Shown here piece by piece: positions 40,263 to 51,086 of a stretch of 64,000 nt of DNA. Source of the DNA: Deinococcales bacterium. Lineage in GTDB: Bacteria > Deinococcota > Deinococci > Deinococcales > JAAFIG01. Under the pieces are notes generated by a model. It saw only the letters and a program-made list of their open reading frames with translations, was not told the DNA's origin and did not search any database. Position 1 is the first letter of the stretch. Each line of letters opens with the position of its first letter. The stretch is from assembly GCA_031414595.1 (NCBI GenBank), contig JANNVX010000014.1:1-64000 (forward strand). Direction: 5' to 3'. A program made the position numbers and the translations under genes.

Positions 40263-41453
40263 ATGAATTTACGTTGGTGTGGTTTGACAGTGGTTATGGC
40301 GTTACTGACCGCTTGTCCAGACCCTAATGATCCAAATAAGCCAACTGTGGCTATCACAACCCCTGCTTCGGATGCCACTGTTAGCAATACCATTCCAATT
40401 CAATTGGATGCTGTGGATAATGTTGGTTTGGCTCGAGTCGAAGTTTTTGTGCGTGGTCGTGGTTCAACTCAAATTGGTTTGAATGTGGGTAGTGCCGTCA
40501 GTGCGCCTTTTGTGGTGCAGTGGGATACCACAGGTGTTCCCAACAATACCGAACTCGAATTGGTGGCTCGAGCTTATGATACGGCTGGAAATGAAGGGGT
40601 CAGCACCCCTATCCGCATCAAAACCCAAAATGCAAATCTGCCCAGCCTGACCTTGCTCTCTGGCTATTCGCTTCCCCCAAAACCCGTGCAGTTTGCCAGC
40701 AGCAAGCTCCAAACCCAAAACGTTGCACTTGACTCGGTTTTACCAGCCCATACAACCCGTGTACTCGAGGCTTTAGAAGCCCCCAAGAACCTCTCAGAAC
40801 TTCGCGCTCGAGTTGCCAGCACCTCGGCAGTTATTCGCCCATTGGCATTGACTCGAGACTTGGCGCTGGAATGGGAATGGAGTCCTTTTCAAAGCGTTGG
40901 CAGTATTGCAGGTGCGGATGGTTACGGGATTTTCTTGTCTAAACTGGACATTGCTGGGTCTTATCAGCGCCTGCTGAACCAACAAGCAACAGCTTCTGGC
41001 GCTCAGAAGTTCTCGAAAACATTTTCTGAAGCTCGCACAGGAGATGTCTATTTTGGTTGTGTAACTGCCATTGTGGATAATCGTTCTCGAGAAACACCTT
41101 GTAGTAACGCAGATGCAGCCAAATTCCCACCAGACCAAGATGTGGCAGCACCCGCCGATGGTGCGGTTGTCTCGGATGGTCGCCCAACCCTGACTTGGAC
41201 AGCCACCCCAAATGCAATTGGTTATTTGTATTTGCTCTATGACCGTAACCCTTGGGATGCCAATGCCAAAATTATTTGGCGCAACACCCCAGCTACCCAA
41301 ACCACCGATAAGTTATTGGCAGCTTATCCAAGTGCTTTAGCCCCACTTGCCAAGGGAACTTACTATTGGTGGGTTGCGGGGGTTAGTTTTGATTCGTTTG
41401 GTAAAGCGGATGGTTTTTCGTTTTCTGATCCGCGTACCATCGTTGTGCCTTGA
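40263..41453 (+). CDS. Lipoprotein with bacterial Ig-like domain(s)
   Basis: Lipobox LTAC; PTVAITTP...DNVG..RVE...WDTT...ARAYDTAGN. Confidence 0.8.
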   Translation: MNLRWCGLTVVMALLTACPDPNDPNKPTVAITTPASDATVSNTIPIQLDAVDNVGLARVEVFVRGRGSTQIGLNVGSAVSAPFVVQWDTTGVPNNTELELVARAYDTAGNEGVSTPIRIKTQNANLPSLTLLSGYSLPPKPVQFASSKLQTQNVALDSVLPAHTTRVLEALEAPKNLSELRARVASTSAVIRPLALTRDLALEWEWSPFQSVGSIAGADGYGIFLSKLDIAGSYQRLLNQQATASGAQKFSKTFSEARTGDVYFGCVTAIVDNRSRETPCSNADAAKFPPDQDVAAPADGAVVSDGRPTLTWTATPNAIGYLYLLYDRNPWDANAKIIWRNTPATQTTDKLLAAYPSALAPLAKGTYYWWVAGVSFDSFGKADGFSFSDPRTIVVP

Positions 41454-41466
41454 GTTGGAGTGAATT

Positions 41467-43557
41467 GTGTTGAAACCTTTAACAACTCGAGTCTGGTGCT
41501 TGGTAATGGCGCTTATGGCGGTTTTGGTTGCTTGCCCTGATCCAATTCCACGGGTGGAGTATAAATTGCTGAGCATTTTGCCTACACCAGTCACCCCGGG
41601 CGACACAGTGACCGCCTTTGGGGTATTTCCAAAAACCGCCCAAGTCTTTGTGGGTGGTGAACTGATCACAAGTAGCGCAGTCAAGGACGGCTTGCGCTTT
41701 ACTCTTCCAAGCACAGCCTCAGCACAGGATACCAATGTCCGAATTTCAGGTGTTGCCCCTTGGGGAGAAAACATCAGCTTGGCTGGGTCTTTGGCAGTAA
41801 ACCCAAGGATTGATGCGGTTGCGGTTCAAGGGCAGTATGTGCGAGTTCTTGGGGCTGGCTGGACGGCTTCCTCGAGTGTGGTGCTTAAAGTCAATGGTCG
41901 GGCTGTACCAGTTTCTCAAGATGGTGCTGCTTTGCTGGGTGAACTGCCGAGGTCAGCAACTTTTGGCTTGTTGACTGTTACTGTCGAAGTTGCTAAAAGA
42001 GTTTCTAACCCCAAAGGTGTCTTATTTGAAGCTGGAGCAGTTCAAGGTCGGGTGAACATCCCAGTTGCGGTGGCTGAAATTCAGGCTCGAGTTTCAACCG
42101 TAAAAGCCACTCAAGTAAAGGCATTCTTAGTCAAAGGCACACAAGCTGCACAACGCGCAGTTCGGCTTTTGCCATACGCAGCCACAAAAGCTATCCGAGC
42201 TTTAGACTTAACCCAATTTACCTTCTCGAGTGTCGCCCTAGCCCAACAAGCCTTTAGGATACTTCGAGATGCAGCTATTTTTGCCGCATGGGATCAGTGG
42301 GTTGGGGTTACAGATGCAGGACTCAGCACCATAAGTCAAGCCCCCAAAAGTATTCGGACAACCTTGGCAGGTTCAGTCCCAACACCGAGTTCTGAGCAGT
42401 GGTTTCTTGGTTTACAAAGTATTCCAATGGCATGGCAAGTTACTCAAGGCAAAAACGTAACTGTTGCGGTGATTGATACCGGAGTTGACCTCAAGCATCC
42501 AGACCTCAAAGCCAATGTTTTGCCTGGATATGACTTTGTGGATAACGACCCAATTGCCCAAGATATTTCCGGACACGGCACACATGTGGCTGGGCTGGTG
42601 GCTGCCAATGGAAAAGCTTATGGCGTTGCACCACAAGCAAATATTTTGCCAATTCGGGTACTACGAGACCTCTCTGGCGGCAGCACCAGTACAGTTGCCC
42701 AAGGGATTCTCTGGGCAGCCAACTTATTGCCAGATTTACCAAATCTAAACCCAGCCCAAATTATTAACTTGTCGCTTGGCTCAAATGACTATAGTCCAAT
42801 CCTTGATGCGGCTATTCAGCAAGTCCAAACTCGAGGTGTGATTGTTGTTGCCGCAGCAGGAAATAGTGGTGGTGCAGTAGCGTTTCCTGCGGCACTCAAA
42901 GATGTTATTGCGGTAACTGCTTTGGCTGGGGTCAGAGGTGGAGACTTGCTTTACCAACCGTCTTATGCGTCCCGAGGTCCCGGTGTTTGGGTCACGGCTT
43001 TTGGTGGCGATATGTCTCAAGACCAAAATAAGGATGGTTTCCCCGACGGTATTCTCAGTACCGATGTGACCGACACAGGTTATGGTTTACGAATGGGGAC
43101 TAGCATGGCTTCACCCCAAGTTGCTGGACTTGCAGCACTTGCACTGGCGAGTGGCTCAAAACCAGCAATGGTACGTGAACTCTTAGCTCAAACAGCAACA
43201 GACTTAGGTGTTCGAGGCATAGATTTACAATTTGGCTATGGTCTAATTTCGTCTCGAGCCATCACAGGCAGCCAACCTCGAATGTATGCCATTGCACTGG
43301 ACACCACAAGTAAAGTGGTCAGTTGGAGTCTTGTACAGCAAGATGGTACGTTTCTGGTTCAAAACCTGACCCCAAGTCAAAATTTGCAAATCATTATTGC
43401 TAGTGACGAAAACGCCAATGGTATCGTTGGAGAGATAATGGAATGGCGTTCAGATACCTTGGAAATTCAAGCGGTAGCCGCACAAATTAAAGACGTTGAA
43501 ACCCTATCTTTGCATCCATCGAATCAAAGTGGTGTGCAGTTGATTGTTAAACCATAA
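41467..43557 (+). CDS. Subtilisin-like S8 peptidase lipoprotein
   Basis: Lipobox LVAC; catalytic VIDTG, HGTHVAG, GTSMASP; AAAGN. Confidence 0.92.
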   Translation: MLKPLTTRVWCLVMALMAVLVACPDPIPRVEYKLLSILPTPVTPGDTVTAFGVFPKTAQVFVGGELITSSAVKDGLRFTLPSTASAQDTNVRISGVAPWGENISLAGSLAVNPRIDAVAVQGQYVRVLGAGWTASSSVVLKVNGRAVPVSQDGAALLGELPRSATFGLLTVTVEVAKRVSNPKGVLFEAGAVQGRVNIPVAVAEIQARVSTVKATQVKAFLVKGTQAAQRAVRLLPYAATKAIRALDLTQFTFSSVALAQQAFRILRDAAIFAAWDQWVGVTDAGLSTISQAPKSIRTTLAGSVPTPSSEQWFLGLQSIPMAWQVTQGKNVTVAVIDTGVDLKHPDLKANVLPGYDFVDNDPIAQDISGHGTHVAGLVAANGKAYGVAPQANILPIRVLRDLSGGSTSTVAQGILWAANLLPDLPNLNPAQIINLSLGSNDYSPILDAAIQQVQTRGVIVVAAAGNSGGAVAFPAALKDVIAVTALAGVRGGDLLYQPSYASRGPGVWVTAFGGDMSQDQNKDGFPDGILSTDVTDTGYGLRMGTSMASPQVAGLAALALASGSKPAMVRELLAQTATDLGVRGIDLQFGYGLISSRAITGSQPRMYAIALDTTSKVVSWSLVQQDGTFLVQNLTPSQNLQIIIASDENANGIVGEIMEWRSDTLEIQAVAAQIKDVETLSLHPSNQSGVQLIVKP

Positions 43558-43576
43558 GTGCAACCACGGAGGTTAT

Positions 43577-44821
43577 GTGAAGAAATTTTTTGGAATACTC
43601 TTAGTGATGGTCGCAGTTGCTGTAGGCATTGTCAGTCTTGCCGCAGCTTATCCAGCAAAACTCGAAAGTTTCCCTAGTGGATTTAGAATTCGAGCTGAAC
43701 AAAATATTCGTTTTTTTGTGGATTATCAGCAAAAGCAAATCATCGTTCCCGAAGCTCAATTGCCAGAGGGTACAAGTGTGCCATCAGATGCAAAGCTCGA
43801 GTTGCGAGCAGATGGTTTTATCCTAACCCTTTCCTATCCTTTTTCGGTAACGCTCAATCCATCAGGAAAATTGCTGACTATTCTCAAAGACGAACCAAAT
43901 GCTGTGCCTTCTGACGTTCGCATCCCCGTTTTTTACGAGATGCACAATGCCCAAGCATCCCAAGTCGCAGCTATTTTGACCCGTTTGTATCCTGGTTTGA
44001 AAGTTGAAGTTGATGAGCGTCAACGTTCAATCATAGTGCTACTCAGTCCTGCTGACCGTGAAGTAGTTGACCAAGTAATTAAACGCTTAGATGCACCACG
44101 ATTACAAGTCATGTTTGAAGCTGAAATTGTTGAAATAAACCGTAAAATATCACAGCAACTAGGCATAGATTACTCGAGACTTTTTAACCTTAACTTCAAA
44201 TTCAATGAAGGAACTCCACCCAATGGAGTGCTTGGCTTTGCGCCATTTCAACGCAGCCCTCTGTCACTTGAAGTGGGCATTAACCTGCTCAAATCAAACG
44301 GTGTGGCTAGAACACTCACTCGCCCTCGCATTGCCGTTTTGGATGGTCTCGAGGCGCGTATAAATGCTACTCAGACCCAGCCTATTCGCACAGTTGGCTC
44401 TGGTGGACAAGTTACTGTCTCCAATATCACCACAGGTATCAGTCTTCGTTTAGTTCCTAAAGTCGCTCCAGACAAGACCATTGAATCACAACTGAGTATT
44501 GCTGTTTCGTCACCTACAGGTATCTCGAGTGAAGGTTTACCAACCTACAGTACCCGTGAAGCGAGCACAACGGTACGAGTAAAAAATGCTGAGAGTATTG
44601 TTATCGGTGGATTGATCGAATCAAGGCGTAGTACCTCAAGTTCAGGAATTCCGGGGCTTATGGATATTCCAATTCTCGGAGAATTATTCAGAACAACCTT
44701 TACCGAGGAGTCTGACACCGATCTTTTGATTGTTGTTACCCCCTATGTAGTCAATAATGTCTTGCTCCCAGAAACTCCTCCTGCTCCAGAAACTCCTCAA
44801 GAACCACCAAGTCAACCATGA
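43577..44821 (+). CDS. Short secretin (GspD/PilQ-like outer-membrane pore)
   Basis: N3-like VDERQRSIIV, QVMFEAEIVE, RPRIAVLDG, GISLRLVPKV, IVIGGLI, GIPGLMDIPILGELF, LLIVVTP. Confidence 0.9.
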   Translation: MKKFFGILLVMVAVAVGIVSLAAAYPAKLESFPSGFRIRAEQNIRFFVDYQQKQIIVPEAQLPEGTSVPSDAKLELRADGFILTLSYPFSVTLNPSGKLLTILKDEPNAVPSDVRIPVFYEMHNAQASQVAAILTRLYPGLKVEVDERQRSIIVLLSPADREVVDQVIKRLDAPRLQVMFEAEIVEINRKISQQLGIDYSRLFNLNFKFNEGTPPNGVLGFAPFQRSPLSLEVGINLLKSNGVARTLTRPRIAVLDGLEARINATQTQPIRTVGSGGQVTVSNITTGISLRLVPKVAPDKTIESQLSIAVSSPTGISSEGLPTYSTREASTTVRVKNAESIVIGGLIESRRSTSSSGIPGLMDIPILGELFRTTFTEESDTDLLIVVTPYVVNNVLLPETPPAPETPQEPPSQP

Positions 44822-45249
44822 AAAGATTGAATTTGCTTTGGGTTTGTATTGTCTGTCTAATGGCGTGTGCGCCTGCGGTCAGTATTACATTTCAACCTCA
44901 AGTAAATAATCCTCTGACTCAAAAAATGATTGTGGCTTTTAAGGCTGTCTTTACTTATTATCAACTACAAGTTAAAGAACAGGCTTCATATCAATACGAC
45001 GGAACAGATGAACGAGCGTTTCTACTGGCAATTGATCAGTTTTACCTTGCAAATCCAGGTTTTTGTCCAATGAATGATGGATTCCATGTCAATGCAGATG
45101 GCACATTGCAAATGACCTTGGCAGCAAAAAAAGAACAGGTTATTGCTTTCATATATGACCTTCGGAATAAGCCCAAATTTGTTTATGTAATCGTCTCTGG
45201 AATTAGCCAAATTGAACCCCCTACTCGCCCTTGTCGTAACGGAAACTAA
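44818..45249 (+). CDS. Lipoprotein of unknown function
   Basis: Lipobox LMAC; ATGA overlap with the secretin gene. Confidence 0.65.
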   Translation: MKRLNLLWVCIVCLMACAPAVSITFQPQVNNPLTQKMIVAFKAVFTYYQLQVKEQASYQYDGTDERAFLLAIDQFYLANPGFCPMNDGFHVNADGTLQMTLAAKKEQVIAFIYDLRNKPKFVYVIVSGISQIEPPTRPCRNGN

Positions 45250-45257
45250 GGAATAAT

Positions 45258-45959
45258 ATGAAAAAATGGATTGTAATTACCGCTTTAATTGTAGGAACAG
45301 CTTTTGCCTTAGCTCAAAGTAATGGTTTAGCTTTATTCAACAAAGTTCGAGCTATACATGGGGATGCAGCTCTGACTGGACTCAAAACACTCCGAATTAC
45401 AAGTAATGTAGAAAATATTGACTCGGTAGGAAAGGTATCAATCCTTGCAACCCAAGTCGCAATTTACGATTTTGAAAATATGCGTTACAAATTGTTGGTC
45501 AGCACAGGAAATCAAGCTATAGACGGGTATCGAATAACTTCAAATGACTCAACTCAATGGACTCCGAAGGGCATCAAAGCAATCCCAGAAAGTCAAGCAA
45601 ACATCCTGCGGTATACATTTGTTCAAGGTATCCTACCTTTACGCCTCAATCCACAAACATGGACTTCAATCAATCAGACTTCTGGTACTATCGCAGGTTT
45701 GAACGGGGACATATTAACGTTGCAAAGTGCATCACAACGTACTTCATTACTTGTAAATAATGATGGTGAAATTCAGGCACAACGTTTTACCGTAGGCGAT
45801 CAATTTGAGACTGTCTTTGGGGAGTATCAAGTTATTTCAGGAATTCGCTTTGCAACTCGAGAACGATTACTGAGAAACGGGAATTTTGCCATTAGATTAT
45901 CGCATACCAAAATTAATGTTAATCCTTCACTCAATGCTACAGATTTTATTTTGCCGTAA
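45258..45959 (+). CDS. Exported protein, possibly LolA-like/lipoprotein-sorting fold
   Basis: Signal peptide; HGDAAL..LKTL...YQVISGIRF...INVNPSL..TDF pattern. Confidence 0.5.
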   Translation: MKKWIVITALIVGTAFALAQSNGLALFNKVRAIHGDAALTGLKTLRITSNVENIDSVGKVSILATQVAIYDFENMRYKLLVSTGNQAIDGYRITSNDSTQWTPKGIKAIPESQANILRYTFVQGILPLRLNPQTWTSINQTSGTIAGLNGDILTLQSASQRTSLLVNNDGEIQAQRFTVGDQFETVFGEYQVISGIRFATRERLLRNGNFAIRLSHTKINVNPSLNATDFILP

Positions 45960-46590
45960 GAGTTTACTGCTCTAATTGACGGTCTGACTCAGCTTTTCCG
46001 ACTGGTCATTCCAAACACAAAGGGTGGGGCTAGTTTACCCATTTCCTTAAGGTCTGCTTCGATTTCTTCGCGCTGATTGGTTTAGCGTTTAATGCCACTG
46101 GCTTGTAGCACCAATTTGGCATTTAAGTAAGACATAAATTCTCTTTAATCTAATCCCACCGCACAACTGCTTGACCCGTTCCAAATCACTTGTGAAATCA
46201 AGCAACCAATTGTCCATAATAGCTTTCTTCTTTGCCTAGCTTGAATTGGATGTGATGGATTTACGTTATTTATCATAGGTTAGTTGCGAGATTGAGTTCA
46301 CTACAGAGGAATTTATATTGCATTTATAGCCAAATTATATCTTTTTTATGATTTGGCTAATTTCAGTATATTCACTTGAAGCATAGTAAAGTTTACCGCA
46401 CAGTCACATTGAAATCAGCAATTTACTCATGTTCTTGAATCTAATTTCCTCCGCGCCGTTCCCTGTGTACTCACAAGGCAGCAGATTTGATTGGTTTTGG
46501 ACAAATTCTCAAAAGTGAGCGCACCGTAATATGACCCTCGAGATAATCATACATATCTCGAGTCCAAAAAACGCTTCCCGCCTTGCTTTA

Positions 46591-46911
46591 TCACTTCGTT
46601 GTACTCTTTTGACGTTTAGGTGGTAAATGATTTGAAGAAGGTTGTGCCAATAAATCAGATGGCTCAAGACCCATCTTTCGAGCTACTGTGAACAATCGAA
46701 GCAAAGTAGGATTAAACCGCCAGACCTGTTTACTCTCGAGTTGCTGATACCAATTCAGTCCAATGCCCAGTTGCTCGGCTGCCTTTTCTTGTGTCCAACC
46801 CAATTCCAATCTGCGTTGCCGAATGCGACTTTGAATCAATCGCAAGTATTCTGCATCTCGAGAATCTAATTCTCGTAGGAATTCTGTCAGTGCAGTTGAG
46901 CGTTGCGGCAC
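46591..46911 (-). CDS. XRE-family HTH regulator
   Basis: IRQRRLELGWTQEKAAEQLGI...YQQLE...FNPTL. Confidence 0.85.
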   Translation of the reverse strand: MPQRSTALTEFLRELDSRDAEYLRLIQSRIRQRRLELGWTQEKAAEQLGIGLNWYQQLESKQVWRFNPTLLRLFTVARKMGLEPSDLLAQPSSNHLPPKRQKSTTK

Positions 46912-46945
46912 ATTGTTACAATTCGCTTTGCCATCCTCTTAGACA

Positions 46946-46963
46946 ACCCTGTTCAAACAGGGT
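46946..46963. promoter_or_regulatory. Inverted repeat, candidate XRE operator
   Basis: ACCCTGTT-CA-AACAGGGT between the divergent XRE and CSLREA genes. Confidence 0.5.
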
Positions 46964-47045
46964 ATACTAACTTAACCATGACCAGCCAAAGCGTATGTAA
47001 CAGTAATTGGCTTGGGTCAATGAATCGCTAACAAGGTGAAGGGGT

Positions 47046-49043
47046 ATGTTCATGACAAAGCAGAAAAAATGGTTTCTGGCACTCGGTATTGGAATCTTGG
47101 CAATCGCAGTGGCGCAAAGTCCTTCATACACCTTTAGCATTGCTGGTCGTAATGTCAAGTTAAGCACCCTCGAACAAAAGAATCAAGTCTTTGTGAACAT
47201 CACCGAACTTGGCAAAGCAATGGGTTTTGGCGTGACCATTGACCAAAAGAAACGCACCGTTGTCCTCAGCAATACCTCGAGTGCCGTTGCCAGACTCACC
47301 CCACCTGTCAATCCCAATGCTCCAATCCAAGTCAATACCCTCACTGATACCCCAGATGCCAAACCAGGTGATGCCATTTGTGCCGATAGCCTAGGACAAT
47401 GCAGCTTAAGAGCCGCGATTCAAGAAGTGGTGGCACAAAAACGAACTCGAGATATTCGAGTACCCAATGGAACCTATACCCTCGAGCGAGGCGCGTTCAA
47501 TATCCCAGCCCAAAATGCTGCTTTCCAAGTCCGTATTCGCGGTGAGAACAAAGACAGCACCATCATCAATGCTGATGGACGAGACCGTGCTTTTGTGCTG
47601 AATGCAGGGCAGAAGTTGCTTCTCGAGAACTTGACCATTCGTAATGGGTCAACCACGGAGTCAGGTGGGGTGATCGCCATTCTTGGATATGGCAGTGGTA
47701 CAAACTCGGCTTTAACCCTCAAATCAACCAAATTCTTTGCCAACAAAGCCGGTGGGAGCGGCGCAGTGATCGCTGTTCTACAAGAGTATGGCAGTGTTTC
47801 AATTGACATCAGTCAATCTGAGTTTAGTGGTAACAGTGCCAGTAAAAATGGAGGGGCAATATCCGCAGTCATCGGTCAAGAGCCTACCAGCTTAACCATT
47901 GACAACTCAGTCTTTATTGAGAACTCGAGCCTTGGCAGTGGCGGAGCAATTCAAACCAATGGAAATCTGAAAATCACCAAATCGCAGTTTCTAAAAAATG
48001 AATCCAGTGGTGGTGACGGCGGGGCAATCTCGAGTCGCGGTTCAACCAACTTCAGTGATGTCACAATGGATGGCAATTCAGCTTCAAATGGTGGTGCGGT
48101 CTTTATTGGTAGAGATCAGAAAAACGTTTCATTTGAAAATACACGCTTTTTGAACAATACAGCCACCAGCAATGGTGGGGCGTTATTTATTGATATGCAA
48201 AGTGCCTTTAATATGACTAAATCAGCATTTACTGGCAATACCAGTAAAAACTCAGGTGGAGCAATCTTTGTTTCCAACAGCAATAACATCAGCATCGCTG
48301 AAACGAATATCTCCGCCAATCAAGCTCAGACCCAAAGTGGTGGTGGTATTTTTGTTGCCAGTACCAGTCAAATGGCTGTACGCAAGAGTCAGATTTTTGG
48401 CAATACTGCTACTGAAATGGGTGGTGGAATTTACATTCAACCTCAAGTATTCCAAGGATTATCACCGATTGTCACGATTGACAGCATAAGTCTGTACCAG
48501 AATCGAGCCAAGAACGGGGCGGGAATATACTCGGCTGGAAACCTAACCATTCAAAACAGTACCGTTTCACAAAACATAGCGTCCAATCAAGGTGGTGCAG
48601 TTTTCAGTGGAGAATCTCCTGAATCTCCACTAGCGCCAATTCTCGTTCTAACCAGTTCAACCTTTTACGATAACCAAGCAGGGGATACGAATGCTAACCA
48701 AGTTTACTCAAAGCAAAAATTCACAACTCGCTCGAGTCTGTTCTACAACAGCCAAGGCAAGAACTGCAATGCGCCAGAAGTGATTAGCCTTGGCTACAAC
48801 ATCGCTTCGGATGACAGTTGCAAATTGACTGGAAAAGCTGACCAGAACAATACTGACCCCAAACTCGGACTCCTAGCTGACAATGGTGGTGGTCTCTTGA
48901 CCCATCTGCCAGTGGTTGGTTCACCAGCCATTGATGTCGTGCCACTGAACACCTGTGAAGCTCGAGACAATCGTGGGGTGGTTCGGCCTCAAGGTGCAGC
49001 TTGTGATGTTGGGGCAGTTGAGCGCAGTCCAACGGATAAATAA
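47046..49043 (+). CDS. Secreted CSLREA-domain beta-helix protein (Pmp-like GGAI repeats, choice-of-anchor Q-like end)
   Basis: Signal peptide; CSLRAAIQE; repeated FxxN...GGAI; DPKLGLLADNGG...GSPAID...CDVGAVE. Confidence 0.85.
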   Translation: MFMTKQKKWFLALGIGILAIAVAQSPSYTFSIAGRNVKLSTLEQKNQVFVNITELGKAMGFGVTIDQKKRTVVLSNTSSAVARLTPPVNPNAPIQVNTLTDTPDAKPGDAICADSLGQCSLRAAIQEVVAQKRTRDIRVPNGTYTLERGAFNIPAQNAAFQVRIRGENKDSTIINADGRDRAFVLNAGQKLLLENLTIRNGSTTESGGVIAILGYGSGTNSALTLKSTKFFANKAGGSGAVIAVLQEYGSVSIDISQSEFSGNSASKNGGAISAVIGQEPTSLTIDNSVFIENSSLGSGGAIQTNGNLKITKSQFLKNESSGGDGGAISSRGSTNFSDVTMDGNSASNGGAVFIGRDQKNVSFENTRFLNNTATSNGGALFIDMQSAFNMTKSAFTGNTSKNSGGAIFVSNSNNISIAETNISANQAQTQSGGGIFVASTSQMAVRKSQIFGNTATEMGGGIYIQPQVFQGLSPIVTIDSISLYQNRAKNGAGIYSAGNLTIQNSTVSQNIASNQGGAVFSGESPESPLAPILVLTSSTFYDNQAGDTNANQVYSKQKFTTRSSLFYNSQGKNCNAPEVISLGYNIASDDSCKLTGKADQNNTDPKLGLLADNGGGLLTHLPVVGSPAIDVVPLNTCEARDNRGVVRPQGAACDVGAVERSPTDK

Positions 49044-49140
49044 CTTTACTTTTGCAGTTAAAAGGCGGAAAATGACTCGAGACTCCTCGAGATTTTGTCG
49101 CTACGGCAATGCGTTCTTAACACAACTGGATGGTTAAACC

Positions 49141-49584
49141 ATGCAAGCATTTATTCCCACAAGACCAGCACCCGCTCCACCAAGAGTATCACTGCTTGGA
49201 CTAAAAGCCACAACCATTTTAGAGGTTGGTGAAGCAGTCGAAAACGGTTTTGCCACAAGCCTTGTCAAGCGGTTTGCTTCGCATATCAATGCTTCGTTGC
49301 AAGATACACTCAAACTGCTGGATATAAGCAAACGCACTTTTCACCAATACCAACGCCATAAAAAGCCTCTGAGCCGAAGTGTAAGTATCAATGTGCTTCT
49401 CTTAGCCCAAATCACAGAGGCAGCCGAGCAGTATTTTGAAGATAAAACCAATGCCCATGCTTGGCTTGCCACACCTCGAACTACTTTTGGAGGCACGACA
49501 CCTCTTCAGTTCAGTCTGCTGCCCAATGGGGCTGAATACGTTAGAGCCGTGTTGAACAAACTCGAGCATGGGGTTGTTACGTGA
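49141..49584 (+). CDS. Xre/MbcA/ParS-type antitoxin (no RES toxin seen)
   Basis: ISKRTF...LS...FED...AWLATP...FGGTTPL...LEHGV. Confidence 0.82.
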   Translation: MQAFIPTRPAPAPPRVSLLGLKATTILEVGEAVENGFATSLVKRFASHINASLQDTLKLLDISKRTFHQYQRHKKPLSRSVSINVLLLAQITEAAEQYFEDKTNAHAWLATPRTTFGGTTPLQFSLLPNGAEYVRAVLNKLEHGVVT

Positions 49585-49724
49585 AATTTGTTTCTGCAAC
49601 GCGTTTTCAAATAGAAGTAAGCTCAACAATGGCAACTCGGGAAGCATGGATGTCCGAGCAACCCTTTTGGAGTGTCACAGTATAGCCCTAACGAAAAGTT
49701 GGGCTTTACCTGTTGAATCATTGC

Positions 49725-50132
49725 CTAAGCGTCTTCCTCATCTCTAAGCTCTCGAGTGAATATGTTGGATTCGCAATCAATTGGATGAAGACCTATGAAT
49801 TCTGCATAATCAATGTCGTTCTTTTCAAGGTTTTGGTGTTCGTTTTTATGGACTCCATTTAATCCTTCATCCAACATCCGAGCCAAATCCTCGACTTTCC
49901 CGCCCCGCTCCTTGAGAAGACGACAAAATTCTTGCCTGCCGATTGATTTTACCAAATCATCCCTATCAAAGAGCATCGCTGCGTATAATCTTGGTTCTGG
50001 CATAAAGGTTTTGTCGTGACTTGAGAATGCAATCAGGTCATAGTTAAGGTCACTTCTTTCACGAATCGCCACAAGACGCTTCCCGTACAGGTAAAAATGT
50101 GTGTTTTTCGGTAACATTGTTGCCATCCTCAT
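49725..50132 (-). CDS. Hypothetical protein
   Basis: Open frame; no motif recognised. Confidence 0.45.
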   Translation of the reverse strand: MRMATMLPKNTHFYLYGKRLVAIRERSDLNYDLIAFSSHDKTFMPEPRLYAAMLFDRDDLVKSIGRQEFCRLLKERGGKVEDLARMLDEGLNGVHKNEHQNLEKNDIDYAEFIGLHPIDCESNIFTRELRDEEDA

Positions 50133-50298
50133 GCACTTGTAGAAAAGAACCTTGCAGCACCACCACAACCAAATCCCAACGACCACCAATGCTCAAAAAT
50201 CACGATTATGACTACTCAAGTAGGAAACGATACTATTGAGGTCATGCTGTGATGATTGATTTCAAACCAAAAGTAAATCATGAAACCACAAATAATCA

Positions 50299-50688
50299 CT
50301 ACCTACCACGGTATCCAAAAACAAAAGCTGGAACTGGCTTGCTCATCGTCTCAAAGTCGGCTTTGACCTGTTGCCTATGATTGGTCTGACGGGTGCTACC
50401 AGTGGGTTGCAATTGGTCTATCCAAAGTTCCAAAGCATCTTCTGGTGAGTCTTCGTAAACCTCGAGTATTTTAGGTTCGGTCGGTTTGATGCTATCCCAA
50501 TGGATGTACCGATGTAAGCGTTGTAAATGCTGTTCTGGACTTTGACTCGAGGCAATCAGTCCAAGCATGTGTGATTCCTCGAGCATGATTGAACCTGCTT
50601 CTTCGCTTCTTAGAAGTTGCAGTAATTTACTGGTGTAGTCACGCCAGACTGTGTTGACTTCACGTTTTTGACGGTTTCTTTGGCTCAT
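50299..50688 (-). CDS. Hypothetical protein
   Basis: AGGAG RBS before MSQRNRQ; last gene of a minus-strand operon. Confidence 0.55.
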   Translation of the reverse strand: MSQRNRQKREVNTVWRDYTSKLLQLLRSEEAGSIMLEESHMLGLIASSQSPEQHLQRLHRYIHWDSIKPTEPKILEVYEDSPEDALELWIDQLQPTGSTRQTNHRQQVKADFETMSKPVPAFVFGYRGR

Positions 50689-50741
50689 ATGATTTACTCC
50701 TTTTACACATCTTTTGCTTGTAGTTGCTTTTATTTGAGAAA

Positions 50742-51086
50742 TTATCCAAACTTCCTTTGAACCAAACGCCAGCACAAAGTGACCATCAGACCAGCGAATA
50801 GAATCACTGCCCAACTTGGTAATTGCAGAATCACCGCCAAGCTGTATGAGTAAACCCCAGCACAAAAGGTTAAAGACCAGACCAATGGAATTTTGGCAAA
50901 TAATTGTAGAAACGCATCAAGATTATGCCCATAGTGCTTCTCGAGCAAGAATAGGATGATGGCAAAGACCATCAGGCTCGAGACAAGACAAAGCCCAATT
51001 GAGGCATTGACAGTCACGAGTAATCTTGTTGTCAAACCTCCAGCCAGAACTGCAAAAACAAGCAACTCGAGGTGAACCCTTTTCAT
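50742..51086 (-). CDS. Small membrane protein
   Basis: About four hydrophobic segments; ATGA overlap. Confidence 0.55.
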   Translation of the reverse strand: MKRVHLELLVFAVLAGGLTTRLLVTVNASIGLCLVSSLMVFAIILFLLEKHYGHNLDAFLQLFAKIPLVWSLTFCAGVYSYSLAVILQLPSWAVILFAGLMVTLCWRLVQRKFG

